From the NCBI GenBank assembly GCA_963822965.1, contig CAWGJT010000006.1, positions 800,001-864,000 of the forward strand: DNA of 64,000 nucleotides, written 5' to 3'. The position numbers and the translations under genes are program-made. Positions within the stretch are counted from its first letter, which is position 1, and every line of letters begins with the position of its first letter. The notes under the pieces were generated by a model. It saw only the letters and a program-made list of their open reading frames with translations. It was not told where the DNA came from and ran no database searches. The stretch comes from an uncultured delta proteobacterium. Lineage in GTDB: Bacteria; Myxococcota_A; UBA9160; UBA4427. Below are positions 1 through 9,780 of this stretch, one piece after another.

Positions 1-657
1 ACAGCCGAGCAGGAAGCCTACCCGAGGCGCCTGACCGCGGCGGCGCGCCTCGCGACCGCCGTGCGCCGCGACGCACTGGGCCATGGGCTCGATGCCCGCC
101 CAGGCGGGGAGCGTCCCGTCCGGGTCGCGGAAGAGCGTCAGATCTTCGACCCGCACGCCGCAGAAGGTCTGCTTCTCGTCGCCGGCGAGCACGTCGGTGA
201 CGAAGACCATGGGCCCCGCGTGGGGGATCAGCTCGCGCGCCGGCGTCCGGGAGAGGCTCGGCAGGGGGGCGGCGACGACGCCCAGGCCCTCCGACGCCGG
301 ACCGAGGCAGAAGCGGCAGGACGCGGCCGTACGCCCGGCCCGGCGCGCTTCGAAGCGCAGGACCTCGTCTCCGCTGGCCAGCTCGACCCGCGCCTCGACC
401 TCTTCGCCGGGACCGATCAGCTCGCGGAACTTGAGCGCCTCGATGCGGGTGGGCGCGAGGCGGCGACCGACGAGCCGGGCCCCGGCCTCCGCCAGCCAGG
501 CGAGCAGCGCCAGGCCCGGCAGCACCGGAAGGCCCGGAAAGTGCCCCTCGAGACAGGCGAGCGCCGGAGGCACGCGTAGTCGCTGCCAGAGGCTCACCGC
601 ATCCCGGCGCTCCTCCAGGACCTGCAGCCGCTCGCTGGCGCTCGTCCCCGCCGTCAT
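1..657 (-). CDS. Fused double-hotdog acyl-ACP dehydratase (ApeI-like N-domain + ApeP-like C-domain); runs off the left edge
   Basis: Not in the ORF track; manual translation from ATG 657 (ATGA overlap with the upstream gene): ...LEGHFPGLPVLPG...LKFRELIGPG..., then ELIPHAGPMVFV...GIEPMAQCVAAHGG...GFLLGC. Confidence 0.8.
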   Translation of the reverse strand, partial: MTAGTSASERLQVLEERRDAVSLWQRLRVPPALACLEGHFPGLPVLPGLALLAWLAEAGARLVGRRLAPTRIEALKFRELIGPGEEVEARVELASGDEVLRFEARRAGRTAASCRFCLGPASEGLGVVAAPLPSLSRTPARELIPHAGPMVFVTDVLAGDEKQTFCGVRVEDLTLFRDPDGTLPAWAGIEPMAQCVAAHGGREARRRGQAPRVGFLLGC

Positions 658-1322
658 GCGTCCTTCCCGGGCTCCTCGCCCGACCCGTGCGCGGAAGGCT
701 GCGGGTCGGCGTTCGCCACCCCCACCCGCGGCGGGAAGACGCGCTCGAGCAGGGGATTCAGGAAGCCCCCGGTGTAGCGGCGGAACCGCCACGTGCGGTA
801 GAGGAACTCCAGCGTGAAGAGCGTACCCATCAGCAGGTACGACAAAAAGCCCGTGTAGAACGTCCACGCACCCAGCGAGCCGCGAATCGCCAGCACCAGG
901 GCGACGAGGCCGTTCACGACGAAGAACCCGCACCAGACCCGCGTGACGCCCACCGCGTAGTGGATCTCGGCCTCGCTCAGGTGGTCGACCTGCAGGCGCG
1001 CGAACGTCTCGATCATCGACGGTCCCCGGCGCAGGGTGTGGGCGAAGGTGCCGAGCAGCGCCGCATTGACGAGCGCCGGCACGAAGAGGAAGACCCGCCC
1101 CTCGTTGAACACCGCGGTCACCACCAGCACGCAGGCCACGGCCGCCGGCGCCAGCATGAGCCGCGCGAGATCCACCCCCTCGCGGGCGCGCGCAAGGGCG
1201 ACCACGCGCACGATCACGCCCACGGCCAGGGCCAGGGCCAGGGTCCTGGGCTGGAAGACCGACAGCCCCGCGTAGATCAGGAAGGGATAGGCGAGACCGA
1301 ACGCAACCGCGAGCACCTTCAC
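654..1322 (-). CDS. Membrane protein of aryl-polyene-type clusters (COG4648-like)
   Basis: Multiple TM segments; YPFLIY, PSMIETFARL, VTRVWCGFF and WTFYTGFLSY motifs; sits between the ACPs and the dehydratase. Confidence 0.75.
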   Translation of the reverse strand: MKVLAVAFGLAYPFLIYAGLSVFQPRTLALALAVGVIVRVVALARAREGVDLARLMLAPAAVACVLVVTAVFNEGRVFLFVPALVNAALLGTFAHTLRRGPSMIETFARLQVDHLSEAEIHYAVGVTRVWCGFFVVNGLVALVLAIRGSLGAWTFYTGFLSYLLMGTLFTLEFLYRTWRFRRYTGGFLNPLLERVFPPRVGVANADPQPSAHGSGEEPGKDA

Positions 1323-1343
1323 CGGGCGGCGATGCGACGCGGC

Positions 1344-1616
1344 TCAGGACGACGCAGCAGTGGGGGTCTGCGCATCCAGGTGGGCGTAAACGAGGTCGAC
1401 CACGTCCTGCACCAGTCGAAGGGAGCGAAGCTGCTTCTCCTCGAGATCGAGCCCCACCCGCTCCTCGAGCTTCACGGCCAGGTCGATCGCATCGATGCTG
1501 TCGAGATCCAGATCCTCGATGAGGTGGGATTCGGGCAGCACCTCGGCCGGAGCGAACTCGAACTCCCGGCAGAGGATGTCCCGCACCTCCTCGAAGATCT
1601 CGTCCTTCGTCTGCAT
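1344..1616 (-). CDS. Acyl carrier protein
   Basis: Acidic 90 aa; DLDLDSIDAIDL phosphopantetheine-attachment motif. Confidence 0.92.
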   Translation of the reverse strand: MQTKDEIFEEVRDILCREFEFAPAEVLPESHLIEDLDLDSIDAIDLAVKLEERVGLDLEEKQLRSLRLVQDVVDLVYAHLDAQTPTAASS

Positions 1617-1702
1617 TTCCCTCGACTGCCCTCGCTACCGTTCGTGTCCGAGGCTCCGGGGCGCTCCGCGCACGTCCGGCCCTACCCGTTCTGCTCCGCG
1701 CG

Positions 1703-1978
1703 TCAGGCCGCGCGATTCTCCGCGACGAACTCCGCCAGGCTGGCCACCGAAGCGAAGATCTTCTTGTTCCGCTCGGCGTCGTCCTCGATCTGCACCCCGT
1801 ACCGCTCCTCGATCACCATCGTGATCTCGAGGGCGTCGATGGAATCCAGGCCGAGCCCCTCCACGAAGAGCGGGTCTCCGGTCACGATCTCGTCCGGCTC
1901 GATGTCCTCGAGGGCGAGCGCCTCGATGATCAGCTTCTTCAGCTCCAGCTCGAGCGCCGCCTGCGAACCGTCAGACAT
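1703..1978 (-). CDS. Acyl carrier protein (second copy)
   Basis: GLGLDSIDALEI motif; start placed at ATG 1978, overlapping the acyltransferase end. Confidence 0.92.
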   Translation of the reverse strand: MSDGSQAALELELKKLIIEALALEDIEPDEIVTGDPLFVEGLGLDSIDALEITMVIEERYGVQIEDDAERNKKIFASVASLAEFVAENRAA

Positions 1979-2756
1979 ACCCCAGTCTCTCCTCGAATCC
2001 GGCCCGCCAGGTCGCACTGAGGCGCCGCGCCGCCGAGGCTTCCGACCCCTCCGGCGGCTCCGGAGCCGCCGCCGGCCCAGGCACCGGCTCCGGCTCGTGA
2101 GCCGTTACCGTATAGCAGGGAAGGTCGTCGGGGACTTGATACCACGGGTCTCCCTTGCCGAGGAAGGGCGGCCGGCAGTCGATGTCCACCTGCAGCACCG
2201 GGCACCGGGCCTGCAGCGCGATGCGCGCCGCACCGCGCTTGAAGTCCCGGAGCTGTCCTTTCGGGGATCGCGTCCCCTCGGGAAACAAAATCAAGGTTCC
2301 TCCCGCGCGCAGCCTCGCGACGCACGCCTCGATCAAGGCCTCGCCGTCGTCGTTCGGAATGTAGTCGGCCGCGCGCATCACGCCGCCGAGGAACGGATTC
2401 GACCACGCGGCGCGCTTCACGACGCACTCCGCGTCGGGAATCCAGCCAGCGAGAATGACCACGTCGAGCAGCGTCGGATGATTGGCGATCACCAGCATCG
2501 GCCCCTGCCGGTCGAGGCGTTCCCGATGGTGCCAGCGGACACCGATGGCCCGGAGGCCCACGAGCATCTCGATGAAGAGGCGGAACGAGCGCGCGATCAG
2601 CGCTCGCGTGCGCCGGATCCGCGCCGTCCGGTCGCGTGTGCAGAGCCGGATCAGCGGAAATCCCACCCCCACCAGCGCCAGGGAGCCGATCCCGAACACG
2701 ACGAAGCCGATCCCCGAGGCCAGGGCGCGAAACGAGCGGGGCGGCAGGAACGTCAT
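1971..2756 (-). CDS. Lysophospholipid acyltransferase family protein (PlsC/ApeD-like)
   Basis: NHPTLLD (HX4D) and FPEGTRS motifs. Confidence 0.9.
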   Translation of the reverse strand: MTFLPPRSFRALASGIGFVVFGIGSLALVGVGFPLIRLCTRDRTARIRRTRALIARSFRLFIEMLVGLRAIGVRWHHRERLDRQGPMLVIANHPTLLDVVILAGWIPDAECVVKRAAWSNPFLGGVMRAADYIPNDDGEALIEACVARLRAGGTLILFPEGTRSPKGQLRDFKRGAARIALQARCPVLQVDIDCRPPFLGKGDPWYQVPDDLPCYTVTAHEPEPVPGPAAAPEPPEGSEASAARRLSATWRAGFEERLGYV

Positions 2757-2867
2757 CGGGCTCCCGGATCGGGCCGTCGCCGGCGGTGAGCCCGCGCCAC
2801 CGCGCGTCGCCCCCGGCCACGCCTATCCTAACATGACGCCCCCTCCCCGCCGGGCCAGGAGACCCGC

Positions 2868-3569
2868 ATGACACTCGTCGCGAGCCGATCCCTCGCGCTC
2901 GCCCTCGCCCTCGCCTGCCTCGCCGCACGCTCCGCCGCCGACGGGCGCGGCCAGGCGAGCCCGGCCGCAACGGATCCCGGGGCGCCGGCCGCGAGCCTGG
3001 AGTCGCTGGTGGCGCGCTTCCGCGCCATGCCGGGGTTCTCGGCCGCCTTCGACGAGGAGAAGCGGATCGCCCTCCTCGAACGCCCCCTGCGCTCGCGGGG
3101 CAACGTGTACTTCATCCCGCCGGATCGACTGCTGCGACGCGTGAGCGAGCCCACCCCCTCCCTGCTGCGACTGGATGCCGATCGCCTCGTCTACGTGGAC
3201 GCCGCCGGCAGCGAGACCTTCGACCTGGGCGCGAGCCCGGTCGCACGCGTCTTCGCCCACACCTTCACGGACATCCTCGCCGGCAATCTGGAACGCCTGC
3301 GTCAGACCTACGCGATCGAGTTCCGACCCGAAGGCACCGGGCCGGCGACCGACGACAGCGCGTGGCGGATCGAGCTCGAGCCCCGGGAGCCCGCCCTGGC
3401 CGGCGCCATCGAGGCCATCCGCGTGCGCGGCCACGGGCTCCGGGTGGTCGATCTCGTGGTGCGCGAGCGCGGCGGGGACACCACCCAAACCCGGTTCCGG
3501 GACGTGGACGCGCGCCACCGCTTCGAGGACGCGGAGATCGACCGACTGCTCCGCCCACCGTCGCCTTGA
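2868..3569 (+). CDS. LolA-like outer-membrane lipoprotein carrier family protein
   Basis: Signal peptide; F.EEKRIALL.RPL.SRG motif; WRIEL.P; directly upstream of MMPL. Confidence 0.8.
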   Translation: MTLVASRSLALALALACLAARSAADGRGQASPAATDPGAPAASLESLVARFRAMPGFSAAFDEEKRIALLERPLRSRGNVYFIPPDRLLRRVSEPTPSLLRLDADRLVYVDAAGSETFDLGASPVARVFAHTFTDILAGNLERLRQTYAIEFRPEGTGPATDDSAWRIELEPREPALAGAIEAIRVRGHGLRVVDLVVRERGGDTTQTRFRDVDARHRFEDAEIDRLLRPPSP

Positions 3570-5986
3570 AGCGCGGCCGCCTGCGCGTCGCGCTCGCCAT
3601 GCTCGCCTTCACCGCGGTCGGCGCCTTCTGCGCCCTTCGTTTCCAGGTCTCGAACGACATCACGGACTTCCTGCACGCGCCGGGAAGCGCGGCGGAAGGG
3701 GCCCTGTCGCGACGGCTCACGCGTTCGGACGTGACCCGCACGATGGTGCTGTCCATCTCAGCGCCGGACGTCTCCGTGGCGCTGCGGGCCGCCGGCGAGC
3801 TCGCTGAGCGGCTGGCGGGCGATCCGGCGGTGGCCTGGGTGAGCGCCGGGCCCGATCCCGAGCTGCCGGCGCTGCTACGGGACCTGTACTTCGCACACCG
3901 CTACCAGCTCCTGTCCGACGACCCGGAGATCGAGCTCCCGCCGCGTCTCAGCGACGAGGGGCTCGCCCGGGCGGCCCGCGAGCTGGAGCGGGCGGTAACC
4001 GGCCCGCTCGCTCCGCTCGTCAAGAGCATCGCCCCGGCGGACCCGCTGCTGGCGTTTCCGGCCCTGCTGCGGCGCCTGCAGGACGCGGGCACGCCGAGCC
4101 TGCAGCTGCGGGACGGTCGCTTCCTGAGCCGGGACGGCACGCGCGCCATCGTGTTCGTGGGCAGCGCGTACCCGGCCCTCGACGCCGCCCGGCAGGCTCC
4201 GCTGCTCGCCCGGCTGGACCGGGAGTTCACCCGGCTCGACGACGAGGCCGGCGGCACGCTGGGGCTCGAGCTGAGTGCGGTCCAGCGCTTCGCGGTGCGC
4301 GCCGAGCAGGCCATGAGGCGGGACATCACCCGGATCTCCCTGCTCTCGACCGCCGGCATCCTCTGCCTCTTCCTCTTCGTGTTCCGCTCGCCCCGGTTGA
4401 TCGCGGTGGCCTCCCTTCCCCTGGCGGCGGGACTCGCCAGCGGCCTGGCGGCCTGCCTGCTGCTCTTCGGAAGGGTGAACGGCCTCACCCTGGCCTTCGG
4501 CGGCGCGCTGGTGGGGGTGTGCATCGACTATCCGATCCACCTGCTGGCCCACTGGCTGATGGAGGACGAAGCGGACGACGCCACGGGCGCGCTGGCCGGG
4601 ATCTGGCCGGGTATCCGTCTCGGCGCGGCGACGAGCTTCGTGGGCTTCGCCGCCCTGGCGGGCGCGGGCTTCCCGGGAATCCAGGAGATCGGGATCTTCG
4701 CCGGCGCGGGCATCGTGGGCGCCGTCGCGATGACCGCGGTGGCGGTGCCGTTCCTCGTCCCACGCCGACGCCGCACCGGGGCCGGCGCGCCGCCGCCCGT
4801 GCGCTGGGCGGGCGCCCTCGCGCGAGGCATCGAGCGGCTGGCCACGCGGCGCGGGCTGGCGGCGGTCCTACCGGTGGGGGCGCTCCTCGTGTGCGCCGCC
4901 GGCCTGCCCGGGATGCGCTGGACGGACGACGTGGCGGCCCTGAGCCCCATCGATCCGCACCTCGCCGCCGAGGAGGCCCGGGTTCGCGAGCAGGTGCTCG
5001 GGGCCGAGACGAGCCGGGTGGTGATCGCCCTGGGGCGGGACGAGGAGGAAGCGCTGCAGCGCAACGACCGCGTCGCGCGCGCCCTGGATGCCCTCGTCAC
5101 GGAGGGGGTCCTGAGCGAGTACCGCTCCCTGCACAGCTTCGTCTGGTCGGCGGCCCTGCAGCGCCGCAACCGATCGGTGCTGGCCGCGGCGCCGGATCTC
5201 GGACCGCGTCTGCTCGAAGCCCTGGAACGCCAGGGCTTCCGGCCCGCCGCCTTCCGGCCCTTCGTCGAGTCGCTGGCCGAAGAGGCGCCGCCGCTGCGCA
5301 TCGACGACGTGGCGCGGTCACCCATCGGCCACTGGATCGCGCCCTTCGTTCTGCCGCCGGACACCCGAGGCGGCGTGTCCGGCGCCGAGGTCGCCCTCGT
5401 CAGCCTGGTGCGAGGGCTCTCGGACCCCGGCGCCCTGACCCGGGCCCTCGCCCCCATCGACGGGGCGGTCTACCTGGACCAGTTCGCGAGACTCGAGCAG
5501 GGCTACCGGGACCTGCGCCGCGCCGCCCTGCGCTACGTGGGTCTGGGCGTCGTGGCCGTCCTGGTCCTGCTGTGGCTCCACTACCGATCGCTCGCCGCCA
5601 CCGGCGTGGCCCTCCTGCCCGCCCTGCTGGCGTGCGGACTCACCGCCGGCTCGCTGTCGCTCATGGGGCACCCGTTGAATCTCGTACACCTGTTCGGACT
5701 GCTGCTGGTCCTGGGCATGGGCGTCGACTACGGCGTGTTCCTGGCGGAGAGCGCGCGCCTGCGCGAGAGCCCCGAGGCACTGGGCGCCACCGCCCTGGGA
5801 CTGGTGCTGTCCTGCACCACCTCGGTGCTGGGCCTCGGGCTGCTGGCCCTCTCGAGCAATCCGGGGCTGCGCGCGCTGGGCGTCACCACGGCACTGGGCG
5901 TCGTGTCCAGCCTGCTCCTCGGCCCGGCGGTGCTGGCGCTGCTGGGGGGCCGGGACGTCGTGCGAGCGTCGGGAGGGCGCGCGTGA
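3566..5986 (+). CDS. MMPL/RND-type exporter (ApeM-like)
   Basis: Two TM blocks with GVCIDYPIH and GMGVDYGVF, separated by periplasmic domains; TTG start overlaps the upstream stop. Confidence 0.88.
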   Translation: MKRGRLRVALAMLAFTAVGAFCALRFQVSNDITDFLHAPGSAAEGALSRRLTRSDVTRTMVLSISAPDVSVALRAAGELAERLAGDPAVAWVSAGPDPELPALLRDLYFAHRYQLLSDDPEIELPPRLSDEGLARAARELERAVTGPLAPLVKSIAPADPLLAFPALLRRLQDAGTPSLQLRDGRFLSRDGTRAIVFVGSAYPALDAARQAPLLARLDREFTRLDDEAGGTLGLELSAVQRFAVRAEQAMRRDITRISLLSTAGILCLFLFVFRSPRLIAVASLPLAAGLASGLAACLLLFGRVNGLTLAFGGALVGVCIDYPIHLLAHWLMEDEADDATGALAGIWPGIRLGAATSFVGFAALAGAGFPGIQEIGIFAGAGIVGAVAMTAVAVPFLVPRRRRTGAGAPPPVRWAGALARGIERLATRRGLAAVLPVGALLVCAAGLPGMRWTDDVAALSPIDPHLAAEEARVREQVLGAETSRVVIALGRDEEEALQRNDRVARALDALVTEGVLSEYRSLHSFVWSAALQRRNRSVLAAAPDLGPRLLEALERQGFRPAAFRPFVESLAEEAPPLRIDDVARSPIGHWIAPFVLPPDTRGGVSGAEVALVSLVRGLSDPGALTRALAPIDGAVYLDQFARLEQGYRDLRRAALRYVGLGVVAVLVLLWLHYRSLAATGVALLPALLACGLTAGSLSLMGHPLNLVHLFGLLLVLGMGVDYGVFLAESARLRESPEALGATALGLVLSCTTSVLGLGLLALSSNPGLRALGVTTALGVVSSLLLGPAVLALLGGRDVVRASGGRA

Positions 5987-6615
5987 GGGCAGCGCGCCGC
6001 CTCGTGGGGGGTCTCGGGCTCGGGGCGGTCGCCCTCGCGCTGGCCTGCGCGACGCCGAGACCCGAGGCGCCGGCGACCGGTGAGGGGCTGGGACGAAACT
6101 TCTTCGTCCGCCAGCACCTGACGGCCCGCTTCTCCGACGAAGAGCGGCGCTTCGACACGGCGCTGCAGTCCCGCTGTGGCGAGCTGCGCCTCGTGGGGCT
6201 CACACCATTCGGCGTACGGCTCTTCACCGCCGTCCGCCGGAACGGGCAGCTCGACGTCGAGACCCTGACGGGGCAGCCCCTGCCCTTCTCCCCCGAGCAC
6301 GTGCTGCGGGACATCGAGCGAACGTTCTTCCGCTCGCCACCCCCGGGCGCCGGCACGAGCGGGACGCGCGTGGTCACGTGGGCCGGGGAAGCCGTACGCG
6401 AGACCTTCCGCAACGGCACCCTCGTGTCGCGGGAGATCGCGGTCGAAGCCGACGCCGCACCGGGCCACGGCGGTCCGCTCGTCATCCGCTACCTCGGCCC
6501 CTTCGGACCCGCCGGCATCTCCGAGCGCGTAGAGCTCTCCAATCCCGCCTTCGGCTACGTTCTGGACATCCGCAACTACGAGATCGAGGAGCTCGAATGC
6601 CGCGACGCCCCGTGA
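5983..6615 (+). CDS. DUF3261-like lipoprotein
   Basis: GTGA overlap; lipobox ALAC; LVGLTPFGVRLF motif; typical position after MMPL in ape-like clusters. Confidence 0.7.
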   Translation: MRAARRLVGGLGLGAVALALACATPRPEAPATGEGLGRNFFVRQHLTARFSDEERRFDTALQSRCGELRLVGLTPFGVRLFTAVRRNGQLDVETLTGQPLPFSPEHVLRDIERTFFRSPPPGAGTSGTRVVTWAGEAVRETFRNGTLVSREIAVEADAAPGHGGPLVIRYLGPFGPAGISERVELSNPAFGYVLDIRNYEIEELECRDAP

Positions 6616-7055
6616 AGTCGTGCGCCCCGATCCGCGCGCTGCTCGTGCTCGCGGCGATCGCCACCGGCTGCCAGACGCAGCCGATCTACGAGGTGGATCA
6701 GGCCATCATCCCCAACGATCCGACCTGGACCCTCCAGGACATGACGCTCGCGATCCAACGCGCCGGCGCGCGCCGCGGCTGGGACATGCGCATCCTCGGG
6801 CCGGGTCACATCGAAGGCCGGCTGCGCAAGCCGGACGCGAAGGCGGTGATCGACGTGACCTATCGCCGATACGAGTTCAGCATCCACTACAAGAGCAGCG
6901 AGAATCTCGAGCACTCGGGCGACCGCATCAGCAACAGCTACAACCGCTGGGTCTACAACCTGGAGCGCGACATCCGGCGCGAGTTCCTGCGCATGCGGCC
7001 GACCGAGCCGGCGGCTCCGGGGCCCGGCCGCGCGCCGGGACGGGCGGGGCGGTGA
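6612..7055 (+). CDS. Conserved lipoprotein of unknown function
   Basis: GTGA overlap; lipobox ATGC; RRGW...FSIHY.SSENL...YNRWVYNL. Confidence 0.7.
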   Translation: MKSCAPIRALLVLAAIATGCQTQPIYEVDQAIIPNDPTWTLQDMTLAIQRAGARRGWDMRILGPGHIEGRLRKPDAKAVIDVTYRRYEFSIHYKSSENLEHSGDRISNSYNRWVYNLERDIRREFLRMRPTEPAAPGPGRAPGRAGR

Positions 7056-7256
7056 CGCGCTCGGCGAGCCTTCAAGGCCCGGCGCCCCCGCTCCGATAGG
7101 CCTGGAGAGCCCGGGGCGCGGGACCGGAACCCTGCGGGTCGCCCGGGGCACCCAGAAGCGGGGGCGCCGGCTGCTACGCTCCGAGGCGCCGTCCGACCCC
7201 GCGATCGGTGCCAGCTTCGGCTGCGCATGCCCGAGAAAGAGAACGGAGGCCCCTCG

Positions 7257-8762
7257 ATGATCGAAGCGGTCCGAACCCGGCAGCACGCCGCCCTCCGGCT
7301 CGCCGTCGCCTCGATCCTGACGGCGGCAACGGCCGTCGCCTGCAACTCCACGATCGTCATCCCGAGCCAGGGCGCACGGCTCACCAACGGCAGCCGCGCC
7401 GTCACCCTCGTGAACCTCCACGCGGAGAACCACCGCCTGTCCGCCCTCAACAGCCAGGCGGGCGACCTGATCCCGGTCTGCACCGACGTGACCATCATCG
7501 CCGTCAACAAGAAGCGGCTGACGTTCCGGGTCGACGGCGTGTCGCAGCCCTACGTCTACGACTTCCACAAGGTCGCCGCCGAGCCCTTCGCCCAGCACCT
7601 CGCGCGCTACTTCGGCAGCCGTTGCCCGCGCGACGGGATCGCGCGCATGAGCCCCCTCGACCAGGCCGGCATCGCGGCCGGCAAGCCCTATGTCGGGATG
7701 ACGAAGTCCGCCATCACGATCGCGATGGGCTACCCGCCTCGCCACAAGACCCCGAACCTCACGGCGGCCAGCTGGCGGTACTGGCGAGGCCGGCGAGGCC
7801 TGGCGATCGTGTTCGACGGCGACGGTCGCATGTCCGGCGCAAAGGGGCTGAAGCGCGGCACCTACGAGGCGCCCAAGGAGCTCACCGCCTACGCGAGCAC
7901 GCCGCCGCCTGCCCCGGCCGACCGCCGCGCCAGCCCGGCGCCCGCGTATACGCCGCCGCCCCCCCAGACCGCCGTCCGCCGCGAGCCTCCGCGGCTGGAC
8001 GCCGCCACCGGCAGCGCGCTCTACTCCAAGCGCGTGGCCGTCGTGGTGGGGATCAACCAGTACCAGCACTGGCCCACCCTGTCCGGAGCCGCCAACGACG
8101 GACGCCGCATGGCGCGCTTCCTGCGCGATCAGGGCTGGGACGAGGTGATCGAGGTCTACGACGGCAACGCCACCCGGCGGCGCATGCTCAAGGTGCTGGG
8201 AACGGAGCTTCCCAGCATCGCCGACAGGGACACCCTCGCGATGATCTACTTCGCGGGCCACGGGCAGACGGAGACGCTGCCGAACGGGGGCAAGCGCGGC
8301 TATCTGATTCCTGTGGACGCGGACACGGACGACGTGTTCTCCACCGCCATCTCGATGGACACCGTGCGGGACCTCTCGAAGCGTACCGCCGCCAAGCACG
8401 TCTACTACGCGATCGACGCCTGCTATTCCGGCCTGGCCCTGACCCGGGGCATCACACGACCGGGCAACGCCCCGCCCAACGTCTACCTGCGCAAGATCAC
8501 CAAAATCCCGGCCGTGCAGATCATCACCGCCGGCGCCGACGGCGAGCAGGCGATCGAGGTCGGGGGACAGGGGCTGTTCACCACCTATCTACTGCGCGCG
8601 CTGCAGGGCGAAGCGGACTTCAACCAGGACGGCGCCGTCACGGCCAGCGAGATCGGCGCCTACGTCAAGCCGCAGGTGACCACCGCCTCGCGCAACCAGC
8701 AGACGCCCCAGTTCGGCACCATGGAAGGCGGCGGCGAAATCGTCTTCATGCCGCGGCGCTAG
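7257..8762 (+). CDS. Lipoprotein with BamE/SmpA-like N-domain and C-terminal caspase-family (peptidase C14) domain
   Basis: Lipobox AVAC; GMTK..ITIAMGYPP...W.YW; Pro-rich linker; VVGINQY, YFAGHG (His), IDACYSG (Cys), GLFTTYLL, QTPQ. Start 7227 is also possible. Confidence 0.85.
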   Translation: MIEAVRTRQHAALRLAVASILTAATAVACNSTIVIPSQGARLTNGSRAVTLVNLHAENHRLSALNSQAGDLIPVCTDVTIIAVNKKRLTFRVDGVSQPYVYDFHKVAAEPFAQHLARYFGSRCPRDGIARMSPLDQAGIAAGKPYVGMTKSAITIAMGYPPRHKTPNLTAASWRYWRGRRGLAIVFDGDGRMSGAKGLKRGTYEAPKELTAYASTPPPAPADRRASPAPAYTPPPPQTAVRREPPRLDAATGSALYSKRVAVVVGINQYQHWPTLSGAANDGRRMARFLRDQGWDEVIEVYDGNATRRRMLKVLGTELPSIADRDTLAMIYFAGHGQTETLPNGGKRGYLIPVDADTDDVFSTAISMDTVRDLSKRTAAKHVYYAIDACYSGLALTRGITRPGNAPPNVYLRKITKIPAVQIITAGADGEQAIEVGGQGLFTTYLLRALQGEADFNQDGAVTASEIGAYVKPQVTTASRNQQTPQFGTMEGGGEIVFMPRR

Positions 8763-8804
8763 CGCGACACGCCCGGTCGAAGCCCCATAGGAACCCATCG
8801 AACC

Positions 8805-9215
8805 GTGGCGGACCAACGCGCAGCGCAGCGACACCTCGTCCCGCTCCTGCTCCTCGCGATCGCCGTCGGTGCCTGTGACCGGCCCGGCCCTCCCACGGCC
8901 ACGACCCCCACCGTCCCCGACGCGAGCTCCGCCCCGGCGGTCGACGAGCCGCTCGAAGAGCCTTCCTTCGATCCGAGCCTTCCTCCCGTCGAGGCGGGCC
9001 GCAGCCTGTACCGGCAGCTCGAGTGCGCCGGCTGCCACGAGTCCGCGGCGGTGCCCGGCCTGGTGGTCGTGCCCCTCGTCCAGCTCCGTACGCGCTTCGA
9101 CGAGGCGAGCCTCGCGGCGTTCCTCTCCGCACCCCCTCCCCCGATGCCGAACTTCGAGCTGTCGCCGCCGGAGCGTCGCGCGCTCGCCGCCTTCCTTCTG
9201 CGCCGCTTCGACTGA
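8805..9215 (+). CDS. Monoheme cytochrome c lipoprotein
   Basis: Lipobox VGAC; CAGCH heme motif; distal MP. Confidence 0.8.
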   Translation: MADQRAAQRHLVPLLLLAIAVGACDRPGPPTATTPTVPDASSAPAVDEPLEEPSFDPSLPPVEAGRSLYRQLECAGCHESAAVPGLVVVPLVQLRTRFDEASLAAFLSAPPPPMPNFELSPPERRALAAFLLRRFD

Positions 9216-9300
9216 GCCGCCTGCGCCGCTTCGACCGGCCCGGTGAGTGATCCGCCCGGCGGAGGGGCCCCCTCCCGAGCCGAGCGGTATCTTCGCCGCC

Positions 9301-9687
9301 ATGTCCGAGCCTCTCCGCAACGAGCGTCCCGCCGTCTGGGTCGGCCACGTGGTCTTGGCGGCCTCCGACGTCGCACGTTCGAACGAGTACTGGAGCGCGT
9401 TGGGCATGCGTCCGATCGCCCGCGGCGACGGCTTCGCCGTGCTGGAGCTGCGGGGCGGAACGCATCTGGTGCTGGTGGCCTCCGACGCGCCGGTTCGTCC
9501 GGAGACCCCCTGCCCCTTCGACCTGATGGTCGAGGACGTCGAGGCGGCTCGGGAGCGCTACGCGGCCCTGGGCTTCGCCCCGAGCGAGATGGAGCGAAGC
9601 GAGATCCACGACTCCTTCACCCTGCTGGACCCGAGTGGCTACCGCGTGACCGTCAACTCGAGCCACGTGTCCGACCTGCCGGTCTGA
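9301..9687 (+). CDS. VOC/glyoxalase family protein
   Basis: GHVVL..SDVARS, FDLMVEDV and DPSGY motifs. Confidence 0.85.
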   Translation: MSEPLRNERPAVWVGHVVLAASDVARSNEYWSALGMRPIARGDGFAVLELRGGTHLVLVASDAPVRPETPCPFDLMVEDVEAARERYAALGFAPSEMERSEIHDSFTLLDPSGYRVTVNSSHVSDLPV

Positions 9688-9780
9688 GGCCCGAGGGCGC
9701 GCGTTGTGCGCAACCCTTGACACAGGGTTCGATCCCTTCAAACTCCCGGCGAACGCTCGTTCTTCACCTGGGGGGGTGAC

